A DNA stretch of 64,000 bases, from IMG/VR virus record IMGVR_UViG_3300025162_000048; one strand, written 5' to 3'. The position numbers and the translations under genes were made by a program. The number at the start of each line of letters is the position of its first letter. Position 1 is the first letter of the stretch. Origin of the DNA: an uncultured virus (IMG/VR IMGVR_UViG_3300025162_000048) (Duplodnaviria; Heunggongvirae; Uroviricota; Caudoviricetes). The notes beneath the pieces are model-generated. The model was not told where the DNA came from, did no database searches, and saw only the letters and a list, made by a program, of their open reading frames with translations. This document shows, one piece after another, positions 9,489 to 19,197 of the stretch.

Positions 9489-12400
9489 TTATATTCCTTG
9501 CCGTCTTGCTTTAATGTATGTTCTTGCCGTATTAGAATCTCCTCTTAAGTATATACTCGAAAGTGTGGCTGCGGCTCCACTATAAATACCCCATTTTACG
9601 AATAATTTATAAGTAGTCGTCGATGTGATTACTGCCCTATAATGACCATTTAAATTAGCTCCTTGAAAAATAACCGTAGATGGAGCTGTGTTTATACTTA
9701 AAGCTGTTTGTAAAATAGTTGGCGATGCAGCAAGTCCCGTTCCTAAAAATAATCCAAAAAATGGAGCTCCCGAAGAATATGTTGAAAACGCCCCAACTAA
9801 CGCAGCATTAAAATCAATATCCCATTCTCCGGCAGTTAAAGTTAATGAAATACCAGTATCATAAAATACCGTATCAGCTACCGGACTATTTATAACAATA
9901 TCACTAGAATCAACTATTTCTAGATATTCTCTACAGGATTGGGGAAGCGCATTTGTTGGTGTTCCATGGAGACCATTTCCACTACTATCAAGCCATTGAT
10001 TAGTATTAGATTTAATTATTCCTTCTGGCTCTAAATCAAGAACCGCGCCAAGTTCAACTATTTTTAATGTAAATGCGCCTGATGTTCCCGATCCTGCATT
10101 ATTTCTTTGAAATGTTAATCGCGCTATCGGATCGGTAGCACTAGCAGTTAAATCTACGTAGACTTGTGTTGCACTATTTACTATATAGGGTTGTTCTATA
10201 GATTCTTGCGAACCGGCTGGTGTTACAAAATAAACTTGGATTATATTGGCAGCTCCAGTATTTGTATAATAAATTCTATATTTTTTACCAACTACAATTG
10301 AAAAAGATGTCAAAGCCAAATATGAATAATTACCACCTGTTGAATACGCTGTAAGACTATTTCCAGATGATGAATAACTACTAAAGCCACCTGGATTTGA
10401 CCAAGTGGAAGACGCACTTATATCCGTCATCGATCCGCCAATGTCTTCCCAATCTAACTTAGCGCCAACAGAATACTTCGTTATTTTTGAAAGCGAGGAA
10501 TCCATTGAATAATTACATAAAATTAAACGAGAACTGTTTATATTGGACTTAACACCTAATAATGCACTTGATGCAATATAATAGTTATTTGATCCAAAAT
10601 TTGCTTTAACGGTAGCTGTATTTGTAACTACAAGTTGACCATTTTTATAAACGGAAGTCACCAATCCTAAACGTGTCCAAATTACCGTAGTGGATTTATT
10701 TTTTTCAAAAAAAGTATCGATATCACCTGCGTTAATTATATGATCTGCCTGAACAGGGCCGCTATTAGTATATTGACATAAAAAATACAAATCATTATTT
10801 GCGGTTCCTTGTGTCATAATAGCAAATCGATTGTTTATATCGGAATAAAAAAAGGATAAAATACAATCTACAGTATTTGGTGGGTGGTCAATTAATCTGG
10901 TCATTTGAAATATAATTGTAAAATCAGAATCACCTAATGTTGGTAAACTTCCTGAAACATAGGCATTACTTCCATTGAAATAATAACTTGGTTTATCCAC
11001 ACTATTATCCAAAACATTCTGCACATCTGCAATTATTCCATTACGATCTTGTGCCGTTAATGTCCGAGTTGTAGAAGCAGTAATATTGGATAATCCTAAT
11101 GCTAATTTTTTCGTCGCATCACTCGTATCCGCAAAGGTTTTGTTTTGTAAGTTTTGACTATTCGTGGTTCCAACAATTGCGCCCGTAACACCATGAGTTG
11201 CCGTTAATGCCGCATGAGTAGAAACCGCACTTGAAGCAGTATTGACAAGATCAAAGCTGTTTTCATCGTAGGTACTGATTGCTAATAATTTATCGGTGCC
11301 AGACCATTTGGCAAATTTACCACTCGACCCTGCTGTGCTTGCCGGAGAAGCTGCAACTTTATTTGCACCAACTCCATGAACTCCCGTGTCCGTTCCGATA
11401 TGATTTACAGAATTCGTGACTGCCGTATCAATTTGTGCCCTGGTGTTTATTCCATCTTTATTCATGGAAACTGCATTGGTTACCGTACCGTTTAAACTAT
11501 TTCCAGAAATATCATACCAAGTCGTATCGGTGATATTTTGAGGTTCTGCAACCAGGACTGCTCCAAGACGGATAACCGAAAGATCATCAATTGTCACCGC
11601 AACGTTATTTGCGTCTGCACAACCAAATTGAAGATTATTTGTGGTATCCGCAGGATAATCCATGTCATAATAATATACAGTTGGCGTGCTTGTGATTGTC
11701 ATTAAATGATTTAAACCCACATTACTATCACTTGTTCCAAATGCAATCGTTTTTGTTCCGGAAGCACAGTTTATTTTAGCAATAACTCGATATCTTTTTC
11801 CAATGACATAATTAGATCCTACTATATAACACGATCTGGCTGTGACACTGCCATATAATCCCGTTACGTTTAATGCATTATTTGTGGGAGTAGTATTTGA
11901 TTTTACAGCCCCTCCAAATACATTCCACGAGGCATAATCACCTGGAGCAAAAGATTGTGGCCCATAGACTGGCACCATCGATCCCCCGATGTCTTCAAAA
12001 TCCAATTTACCGCCCAAAAAATACCGGCGAAGTTTATCAGGATAAGCAGAAATATCATAATTAAATATAAGTTGACGATGAAGTTGGCCCTTGAATGCAT
12101 GATTGGTAGTATGATCTCCTGCCCCTCCAATGATCAGAGGTACCGTCCCATCACCCATGGCCGTATAATTCGCACCTGCGGTCGTAGCTGATTGAAGCAA
12201 GCCATCTACATATAAATTCATACCTGAAAATGCCGCATTACCATTATAGGTTGCGCAAAAAGTATGAACATTACCATCATTAAAGGTTGCTACTGAAATT
12301 TTTGTTATATAGTTGGTATTTTGACTTGTCGCATTAACGAGTTGAAAAAAATAAGTACCATTAACAAATCCCACGGTATATTCATCGAAAGATCCATTGC

Positions 12401-13268
12401 TTTTGTTTATTAAATAACATGCCCCGCTTGCAGAAAACCGTAAAGTCGAAAGAATACTGAATGGATGATTAGGTGCAAAGAGTATATTGGCGTTATTTGC
12501 AACGGTAATATAAGCCGTTCCATCAGTCGTAAAATAGTAGCCTGCCTTATCCACACTATTATCCAAAACATTCTGCACATCTGCAATTATTCCATTACGA
12601 TCTTGTGCCGTTAATGTCCGAGTTGTAGAAGCAGTAATATTGGATAATCCTAATGCTAATTTTTTCGTCACATCACTTGCATCGGCAAAGGTTTTATTTT
12701 GCAATACCTGCGTATCATCATTGGTAATTAAATCATGTAATGCACTGCCATCATCAATAACTGGATAGGTTTTTGTCGTATCGTGAATTATTGTTCCAGC
12801 TTTCCTTGTCAGTCCTGAAATATTCGAAGTAGTATTCGAAGGAAGGGTAACCCTATTACTATCTGATGCCGTTCCTCCATCTACATCTTTATTGGTCAAG
12901 ATTTGTGTATCAGATGTGCCGACAATAGAACCAGAAACTCCGTGAGTTGAGGTTAAGCCAGCATGGGTAGAGACAGCACTTGAAGCCGCTCCAGACGTAT
13001 CAAAGCTGGTTTGATCATAGGTTGTCACAGCAAGAACGCCATCTGTCGCAGTCCATTTTGCAAATTTACCGCTAGAACCGCTTGTCGATGCTGGACTCCC
13101 TGCAATTGTCGAGTCGCTATTTGGAACTTTAAGTGTATGAGTTGTTCCTGTACTTACTCCAGACACATCAAACTGTACTTGTTTAGTCTGGTCGGTTGGA
13201 TCTTGCACTATTAAGCCGTGTTTAGCTTTTAAAGGTGCTCTTGACATAGTAGTTATTTTCCTTTCCAA
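9489..13268 (-). CDS. tail fibre/receptor-binding protein with two LamG/concanavalin-like modules
   Basis: HTFCATYNG...LYVDG and VIWTR...VYKNG LamG patterns, WYDISGNSLNGT / WLDSSGNGLHGT, duplicated stalk segments. Confidence 0.75.
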   Translation of the reverse strand: MERKITTMSRAPLKAKHGLIVQDPTDQTKQVQFDVSGVSTGTTHTLKVPNSDSTIAGSPASTSGSSGKFAKWTATDGVLAVTTYDQTSFDTSGAASSAVSTHAGLTSTHGVSGSIVGTSDTQILTNKDVDGGTASDSNRVTLPSNTTSNISGLTRKAGTIIHDTTKTYPVIDDGSALHDLITNDDTQVLQNKTFADASDVTKKLALGLSNITASTTRTLTAQDRNGIIADVQNVLDNSVDKAGYYFTTDGTAYITVANNANILFAPNHPFSILSTLRFSASGACYLINKSNGSFDEYTVGFVNGTYFFQLVNATSQNTNYITKISVATFNDGNVHTFCATYNGNAAFSGMNLYVDGLLQSATTAGANYTAMGDGTVPLIIGGAGDHTTNHAFKGQLHRQLIFNYDISAYPDKLRRYFLGGKLDFEDIGGSMVPVYGPQSFAPGDYASWNVFGGAVKSNTTPTNNALNVTGLYGSVTARSCYIVGSNYVIGKRYRVIAKINCASGTKTIAFGTSDSNVGLNHLMTITSTPTVYYYDMDYPADTTNNLQFGCADANNVAVTIDDLSVIRLGAVLVAEPQNITDTTWYDISGNSLNGTVTNAVSMNKDGINTRAQIDTAVTNSVNHIGTDTGVHGVGANKVAASPASTAGSSGKFAKWSGTDKLLAISTYDENSFDLVNTASSAVSTHAALTATHGVTGAIVGTTNSQNLQNKTFADTSDATKKLALGLSNITASTTRTLTAQDRNGIIADVQNVLDNSVDKPSYYFNGSNAYVSGSLPTLGDSDFTIIFQMTRLIDHPPNTVDCILSFFYSDINNRFAIMTQGTANNDLYFLCQYTNSGPVQADHIINAGDIDTFFEKNKSTTVIWTRLGLVTSVYKNGQLVVTNTATVKANFGSNNYYIASSALLGVKSNINSSRLILCNYSMDSSLSKITKYSVGAKLDWEDIGGSMTDISASSTWSNPGGFSSYSSSGNSLTAYSTGGNYSYLALTSFSIVVGKKYRIYYTNTGAANIIQVYFVTPAGSQESIEQPYIVNSATQVYVDLTASATDPIARLTFQRNNAGSGTSGAFTLKIVELGAVLDLEPEGIIKSNTNQWLDSSGNGLHGTPTNALPQSCREYLEIVDSSDIVINSPVADTVFYDTGISLTLTAGEWDIDFNAALVGAFSTYSSGAPFFGLFLGTGLAASPTILQTALSINTAPSTVIFQGANLNGHYRAVITSTTTYKLFVKWGIYSGAAATLSSIYLRGDSNTARTYIKARRQGI
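10993..11115. repeat. 123-bp exact direct repeat, copy 1
   Basis: Identical by eye to 12547-12669 (offset 1554 bp, in frame). Confidence 0.9.
12547..12669. repeat. 123-bp exact direct repeat, copy 2
   Basis: Identical by eye to 10993-11115. Confidence 0.9.
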
Positions 13269-13297
13269 TAACTATATTTTTAAATTTAATGCGAACA

Positions 13298-16180
13298 TTA
13301 CGCATCAATTATTGAAACCTGTTTTGCTTTTATTACCCAGCCATTAGCAGCATTGGCAAAAGTCACTTGTCCATTTGTGGTATCAAAGGTAATTCCTGTA
13401 TTGTCTCCTACGCTGGTGACGTTAATAAACCAAGAATTGCTGGCTTTACGAATACCTTCCATTAAAAAAGACTCATACAATCCGCCAGAAGTGATCACTG
13501 CTATATGTGCAACAAATGATCTTTGTGTGTCAGAAAATAAAAGTCCTGAAATATCTCCAGTTACACCAGTTGCATTTGTTGTGGTGTCTGCCAGATAAAT
13601 CGCCGACCATTTATTAGATTGATTACCTAAAGTCCTTGCTGAATCGTATGGTAATAATGTATCACTGCTGTCTGATAAGTTTATTGTTCCAGCGCGATCT
13701 GGCAAGTTAATCAATCTAGCTACTGTTGCGTTTGATATAAGAGAACAGTCAAATCCGCTTGGAGTAATATTGAAATTACCAGCACTATTTGGTGCTTTTA
13801 TTTGCAAAGAATTTCTATCCGAAGAGGTTTTGACATAACCGGTGATTAAAGAATTTTCTTCAAATTCTATACCCGAACTGCTGGCTGAACCTACTGCTCC
13901 ACCCTTATTTAAAGTCAATAAAGAATCGGTAACTTGAGTATTGGTAGTTTCGATATAGGCTAATGACCCTAAAATATTTACAGTCGCGCCAGCCTTACCG
14001 ATATTAATGGTCGTTGCGTTGGCGGTAGCAATATTGAGAGTCCCGCTTGCGGCAGTGGTGTCTATTTTCTGACCGCTATTTAAAGTAATATCTTGTGCCC
14101 CAAAAGCTGGAGAAATCTTTGTTCCATCGATGGCAGCACTTACGGAAACATCAGCATTGACCAACTGAGAAACAGAAAATGTTCCGCTAATAGAATGGAC
14201 AAGTCCAGTCCCAGAAAGTCCAGAAAAAGTTGGAATGCCTGCGTCGGTAATATCAAGACGGGTATAGCCAGCAGAGTTTTTAAAAGTCCATTCACCAGCA
14301 CTATAAATCAAAGAATTATCGGCATCATTTACGACATCAATAATACTGAATGGAATGGAAACGGAGGCAATAACCTGGACTGGATTGTTAAGCAAATATG
14401 AAAATGTCAAAGAGCTAAAGTTTGCATAAGTTGGCGTACTATAGGTCAAAACGCCTGAATTTGTAATGCCAAAAGTAACCAGGGAATCGTCACCGGTTGA
14501 AACGGCGGTGATCGTATAAGTTCCGTCACCTTTTTTTGTGCCGTTTATTCGGACAAATTCACCTTTATTGTTTCCTATTGCCAGTAAATTAATCCAGCCT
14601 TCTATTGTGAATCCATCGCTGGCGGACAGATCAACGATAACGGTGTTGGTTTGGCTGTTTAACATGTTAAATACGGTTAAGTTTTGTGTTAATGAAGCTT
14701 GTCTTGCAAAAACGACATACCGAAATTCTGCGCTGACAAAGCCGGAATAAGTTGTGCTGGTATATTGAATTACTCCTGCACTTGTAATATTAAAGACAAC
14801 TCCGCAGTTATCACCGACAGAATAAGCTGAAATAACATAAGTTCCGTCGCCTTTTTTAACGCCATCAATGCAAAAATATTCTCTTAAATCTGTCGTTGCA
14901 TCAATAGAAACCCAACCTTCAATACTGAAAGCATTTTTGGTTGACATATCAATAATGGAAATATTTGTTTGGGATTGATCAAGGATTGCCACTCTTAACA
15001 TGTCTGGAGTATTGGAAGTTGAAGTACCTCCAAGCAAAAAATTGACTATTCTTGGAGTGTCGGTTACTGCATTTTCTATAATATTGCTGGAACTACCTGC
15101 TGTTTTAAAAGCTATTGTTCCGGTTGCTTCTAGGTCAAGATAACCAAGAATAAAGTCACCAGCGCGGACGAGTGTGTCTGGGCTGGCAAGGCTATTAAGA
15201 GTTGCTACTTCGGTTGACCATGTTAAATACAGTTGATTTGTTGAGCTATAGCTAAGTAAGACCCTGCGATATTTTCCTATTGTCGATGAAGGAATGGAGT
15301 TATTTACTGTTCCGCCAGTCGTTGCTCCGGTTTGCATATCGACTGTTGTAACTGGGAAAACAGCAAAACTGTCAGCAAAAGGAGGGACTGCTGTAGCTGA
15401 GCCGTTAATGGTTGTTACCACATTGGAAGCAATATTAATTTTACTATCAGCTATTATTGACGCAGAAAGTTTAAGTGGAATCTGTCCATCATAAACCATT
15501 TCTTGGTAACCAAACCCTGTCGAACTTATATCGTTTGGCAATCCTGTAATGAATTTTTCAATACTACCAACCTTACCTGATAAAGTAAAGTCAACAGGAA
15601 TGGCACCAAAATGACACATTCCTTGAGTTATTTTAAATATCTGGTTATTCGTCAAAGACCCATTAGGAATCTTAACTAAAATTTCAATTCCATAATTAAG
15701 ATTTGAAACATTACTTATAAAAGCTGTGGCAGATATTCTGGTAAAACCTGATGCTGAGCCAGGAGCGGAAGTAAAATTTTTTGTAGTAATTTGAGTTTTA
15801 GTTGTAAAGTTTCCGTTGGCATTAGCTTGATTAATTATCAATACTGGAGCAAACGCACTGCCTCCATTTTTGACCATGAAGCTTACGGTGATCATTCTGT
15901 TGTTTAAATTTATGGCGCGGTCTTGAGAAATTCTTTGTCCGATGAAAATATCAGTTTCGCCTGTTTTCCATGTCAATAATAAAGAATTTGGTGACCAGTT
16001 ATTTGTAGGAACATCTGAGGATAAAGCAATGGTGCTCCCTCCTGTTCCACCATAAGCAAACCATCTATCAAAATTCCAAACTGGTGATGTGGTAAGTGTT
16101 CCTGAAGAAAAGAAACGCTGGTTGATAGCCAGATTTCCATTTATGAAAATATTTTGGAGGTTGTCGTATGGAATAAACAT
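13298..16180 (-). CDS. tail fibre protein
   Basis: N-terminal NIFINGNLAINQR...DRWF carbohydrate-binding-like domain; three copies of a G.KK...Y.I...S.GD..G..F.IT..G domain. Confidence 0.7.
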   Translation of the reverse strand: MFIPYDNLQNIFINGNLAINQRFFSSGTLTTSPVWNFDRWFAYGGTGGSTIALSSDVPTNNWSPNSLLLTWKTGETDIFIGQRISQDRAINLNNRMITVSFMVKNGGSAFAPVLIINQANANGNFTTKTQITTKNFTSAPGSASGFTRISATAFISNVSNLNYGIEILVKIPNGSLTNNQIFKITQGMCHFGAIPVDFTLSGKVGSIEKFITGLPNDISSTGFGYQEMVYDGQIPLKLSASIIADSKINIASNVVTTINGSATAVPPFADSFAVFPVTTVDMQTGATTGGTVNNSIPSSTIGKYRRVLLSYSSTNQLYLTWSTEVATLNSLASPDTLVRAGDFILGYLDLEATGTIAFKTAGSSSNIIENAVTDTPRIVNFLLGGTSTSNTPDMLRVAILDQSQTNISIIDMSTKNAFSIEGWVSIDATTDLREYFCIDGVKKGDGTYVISAYSVGDNCGVVFNITSAGVIQYTSTTYSGFVSAEFRYVVFARQASLTQNLTVFNMLNSQTNTVIVDLSASDGFTIEGWINLLAIGNNKGEFVRINGTKKGDGTYTITAVSTGDDSLVTFGITNSGVLTYSTPTYANFSSLTFSYLLNNPVQVIASVSIPFSIIDVVNDADNSLIYSAGEWTFKNSAGYTRLDITDAGIPTFSGLSGTGLVHSISGTFSVSQLVNADVSVSAAIDGTKISPAFGAQDITLNSGQKIDTTAASGTLNIATANATTINIGKAGATVNILGSLAYIETTNTQVTDSLLTLNKGGAVGSASSSGIEFEENSLITGYVKTSSDRNSLQIKAPNSAGNFNITPSGFDCSLISNATVARLINLPDRAGTINLSDSSDTLLPYDSARTLGNQSNKWSAIYLADTTTNATGVTGDISGLLFSDTQRSFVAHIAVITSGGLYESFLMEGIRKASNSWFINVTSVGDNTGITFDTTNGQVTFANAANGWVIKAKQVSIIDA

Positions 16181-18606
16181 TAAATTATTCTCCAGTTTGA
16201 AATACCGTCAGCTTTTATTTTATAAGATTCGTTGATGGCGTTGAAAGTCAGTGAGGATAAACCTTCAATAGTGTCAGAGCCGTTCGGTGCTATAGTCACT
16301 TTGTAAATATCACTATTGGCTTTTGAGAAAGAATGTTCAGCTCCATCTACTGCCGCACCGTATAGATTTATGGTCACGTTCGCATTATTTCCAGAATCGA
16401 CATGCACATGAGAATGCCCAACGGATACACTTAGGGTTGTTGTGCCAGAAGAAAGAAGAGTATATTTCGTTGCCAATGATCCAGCGACTGTAAGCATAGC
16501 GGCTTTTGTTGTGGTGCCGATTAGAAAATTAACACCAGTAGAGTTAAGCATTCTAGCCATCTCTGCTCCGCCTGCCATCAATCTCAAATCTACTGTATTT
16601 GTCGTTCCTATAGTCATGACAGAACTTGAATAATTTCCTGAAGTAAAGACTATTTGCTTCCAAATTGCTGCTGAAGCTGTATTATCGACGTTGATAAAAA
16701 CTTGATCTGTGTTTTGATTAAGCCATAGTGCAAGTTGTTTATTGGTGAATATATCATTTGATGCGGTTGGGTCTAAATTTACGGAATTGGTTATCTGTGC
16801 TAAGTTTGCATGACCACCATCACCATAAGTTCCACCGTTTAAGTTTGTAAGCAGTAAGTGATCTGTGCCAGATGTCGCGCCTACGGGAACAGGAGAAGTG
16901 TTACGATAATCATCCACTTCAACTAATTTGCATCGGTGAGTTGCATTGTTATAGCCATTTGAACACCGATAAATCAATCTAAAAAGAGCTTTATTTTCCT
17001 GAATAGCTGTGGATGCCCAATTTAGATCACCAAAATATGCAGTCTGTGCATTTGCCAGTGTAGTAAAAGTTGCAATGTGAGGGCGTGAATAAACCGCAGT
17101 TCCGACAGTTGTGAAATTCGTATCTGAAGTGGAAATTGTAGAAGTCGCAAAAATCCAATAGACTGCAAAATTACCGCTAGGAGTATCAGTTAAAACCCCA
17201 CTGTTTGTATATTGCGGTGTTCCATTGGTGCCATTAAAAATAAAAGGAAACCTACTGGGATAATTCGGCGGGACATAAATTTCAGTTCCAGAACCGTCTA
17301 CATAAAGATTTGCAATAACCGCCGCTGTTGAACTTGTTAAACCACTTCCAAGATTTTGATCAAACTTATCTGTTGGAGTAACGGTTGAGTTAACTGTAAT
17401 ATTAATATCTTCATCAAAGATTGTACCGCCAGTAATCCAGATATAACTTTCTGTGTCTCCGGTTGGGTTTCCTGACGCTAATGGACTCGAAGTCTGTGTA
17501 AAGCCAGAAACATAACGAGTTCCCACAGTCAGATGTTTCCAAGTATGATCCGCTGCATCGGTCAGTCCATGTAATTCCCAACCAATAGAACTGGGAAGTC
17601 CTTGTGTTCCGTTCCAATAAGCCACAGCAACACAAGCTGAGTTTGTAAAATTAAAAGCAGATGTTGACTGGTTTAATGTGCCAGAAGTATCATAATAAAA
17701 AAACCTAGCACCTTTAGCTCCACTCATCGTTACAGTTTCGGTCGTAGTTTTCTTGAATGGCCGTCCTTGAACGTAAAATGTTCGAGTTCCACTTATATTG
17801 AAAACTTTATTATTTGTTCCTGTAAGGGATAAAATTACGCCAGAAGTATTTGCCCATCCTGAATATTCATTCTTTAAAAGTGACCAGTCCAAAGGTTTCC
17901 AATAAGTAGATAAGCCAGTGTCCTGTTTAATCCAAGCTTGTGCCGAATCTGTTTCTTCTGCTATTTGCCCTATATATCCATCAATAGCTGTTACAGAAGG
18001 GTCCGTATTTATGGTCGGAACTCTCATCAGCATATCAGTGATTTCATGCACATAAGAAGTTCCAGAAACCAAATTTTGAATTACATTTCCAGTCGCACCT
18101 GGTGTTTTAAATTTGCCAGAAGTGTCCGTACATTGAAGGTCAGCGCACCCAATAATTCTTGCATTGTTTTGAAATGCAGTGTAAGGATCGGGAAGAGCGC
18201 CCACCGAGGAAACTTCAGAAGTGAACAATGCTTTAATCGTATTGTCTCTTAATAACCAGAAGACACATCGGCGATAATAACCTGAAGTCGATGAAGGGAA
18301 AGTAATACTTATCGATGCACTGGAAGTCGATTGCAGTTGAAAATCAATCCAAGAATCAGCAAAACTCTGTAAAGAATTTAAAGCCGCTTCTGTCAGTCGA
18401 TCTGTTCCCACACTTGTTGCCACAACATTTGAAGAAAAATAAAGTTTGGCATCGGGAGTATTATTTGCATAGATTCTATATGGGTGAAGGGTATTTTGTT
18501 CAATATATCCGACTATCGTATCAAATGGCGTTTCCGCAGTGGTGCCAATTGCAGTCAATAATGGTTCGTGAGATATTTGACTGGTTTTTGGGTAAGTTCG
18601 TGTCAT
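16180..18606 (-). CDS. tail fibre/virion protein
   Basis: S/T/G-rich beta protein; TAATG coupling to next gene; fibre-like C-terminal domain. Confidence 0.65.
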   Translation of the reverse strand: MTRTYPKTSQISHEPLLTAIGTTAETPFDTIVGYIEQNTLHPYRIYANNTPDAKLYFSSNVVATSVGTDRLTEAALNSLQSFADSWIDFQLQSTSSASISITFPSSTSGYYRRCVFWLLRDNTIKALFTSEVSSVGALPDPYTAFQNNARIIGCADLQCTDTSGKFKTPGATGNVIQNLVSGTSYVHEITDMLMRVPTINTDPSVTAIDGYIGQIAEETDSAQAWIKQDTGLSTYWKPLDWSLLKNEYSGWANTSGVILSLTGTNNKVFNISGTRTFYVQGRPFKKTTTETVTMSGAKGARFFYYDTSGTLNQSTSAFNFTNSACVAVAYWNGTQGLPSSIGWELHGLTDAADHTWKHLTVGTRYVSGFTQTSSPLASGNPTGDTESYIWITGGTIFDEDINITVNSTVTPTDKFDQNLGSGLTSSTAAVIANLYVDGSGTEIYVPPNYPSRFPFIFNGTNGTPQYTNSGVLTDTPSGNFAVYWIFATSTISTSDTNFTTVGTAVYSRPHIATFTTLANAQTAYFGDLNWASTAIQENKALFRLIYRCSNGYNNATHRCKLVEVDDYRNTSPVPVGATSGTDHLLLTNLNGGTYGDGGHANLAQITNSVNLDPTASNDIFTNKQLALWLNQNTDQVFINVDNTASAAIWKQIVFTSGNYSSSVMTIGTTNTVDLRLMAGGAEMARMLNSTGVNFLIGTTTKAAMLTVAGSLATKYTLLSSGTTTLSVSVGHSHVHVDSGNNANVTINLYGAAVDGAEHSFSKANSDIYKVTIAPNGSDTIEGLSSLTFNAINESYKIKADGISNWRII

Positions 18607-18618
18607 AGTTTTCCTCTT

Positions 18619-19131
18619 TTATCCTAATACGATAATTGTAACCCAGTGGCCGTTAGGAATAGTATAAGTGAAAGTCACTGTTGCACTAGAAACGGTATAG
18701 TCGTAATTGCTTCCTAAACGTCTTGAAATCCCATTATGCATCACGATTAAAGTTTTATTTGTTAATGTTTCTGATGTTACAAAAGATGTTTGACCTGTAG
18801 AATCGAAATCATAAGTCGTAGCTTTAAATGCATTTGAAAACGAAAGTTTTTTGTTTCCATCGGTAGTAATTATTTGTCCAGAGTTACCGTCAGAACTTGG
18901 TAATTCAAAAACAGAAGAGGAAGCTAAAGAACTGGCAGCTTTTAATCCGATATAACTCGATCCATTTGATGCCAATTCTTTAAATCTTAATTCCCCCACA
19001 GTCGTATCATCGATAGGCTCTACAGAAATGTTGGGTGTTGATAACGTTTTAGAACTTGTATCGTAGAAAATTTCTTTGATACGTCCTTTTACGTTTGTCA
19101 CTGTATTGTAAAAAATAGACAATAAACTCAT
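18619..19131 (-). CDS. virion protein with fibre-like motif
   Basis: ELRFKELASNGSSYIGLKA...LPSSDGNSGQIITTDGN motif typical of fibre stalks. Confidence 0.6.
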   Translation of the reverse strand: MSLLSIFYNTVTNVKGRIKEIFYDTSSKTLSTPNISVEPIDDTTVGELRFKELASNGSSYIGLKAASSLASSSVFELPSSDGNSGQIITTDGNKKLSFSNAFKATTYDFDSTGQTSFVTSETLTNKTLIVMHNGISRRLGSNYDYTVSSATVTFTYTIPNGHWVTIIVLG

Positions 19132-19197
19132 GTCATCTCGGCTCTTTATTTTTTTAAATACATATTACAATGATGCGTTGTGTCTATATTAGATGGA

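Noticed and set aside
9489..13268. Diversity-generating retroelement (TR/VR) in the fibre gene
   Set aside because: Repeat core is identical rather than adenine-mutated, both copies are internal coding linkers, and no reverse transcriptase is in the window
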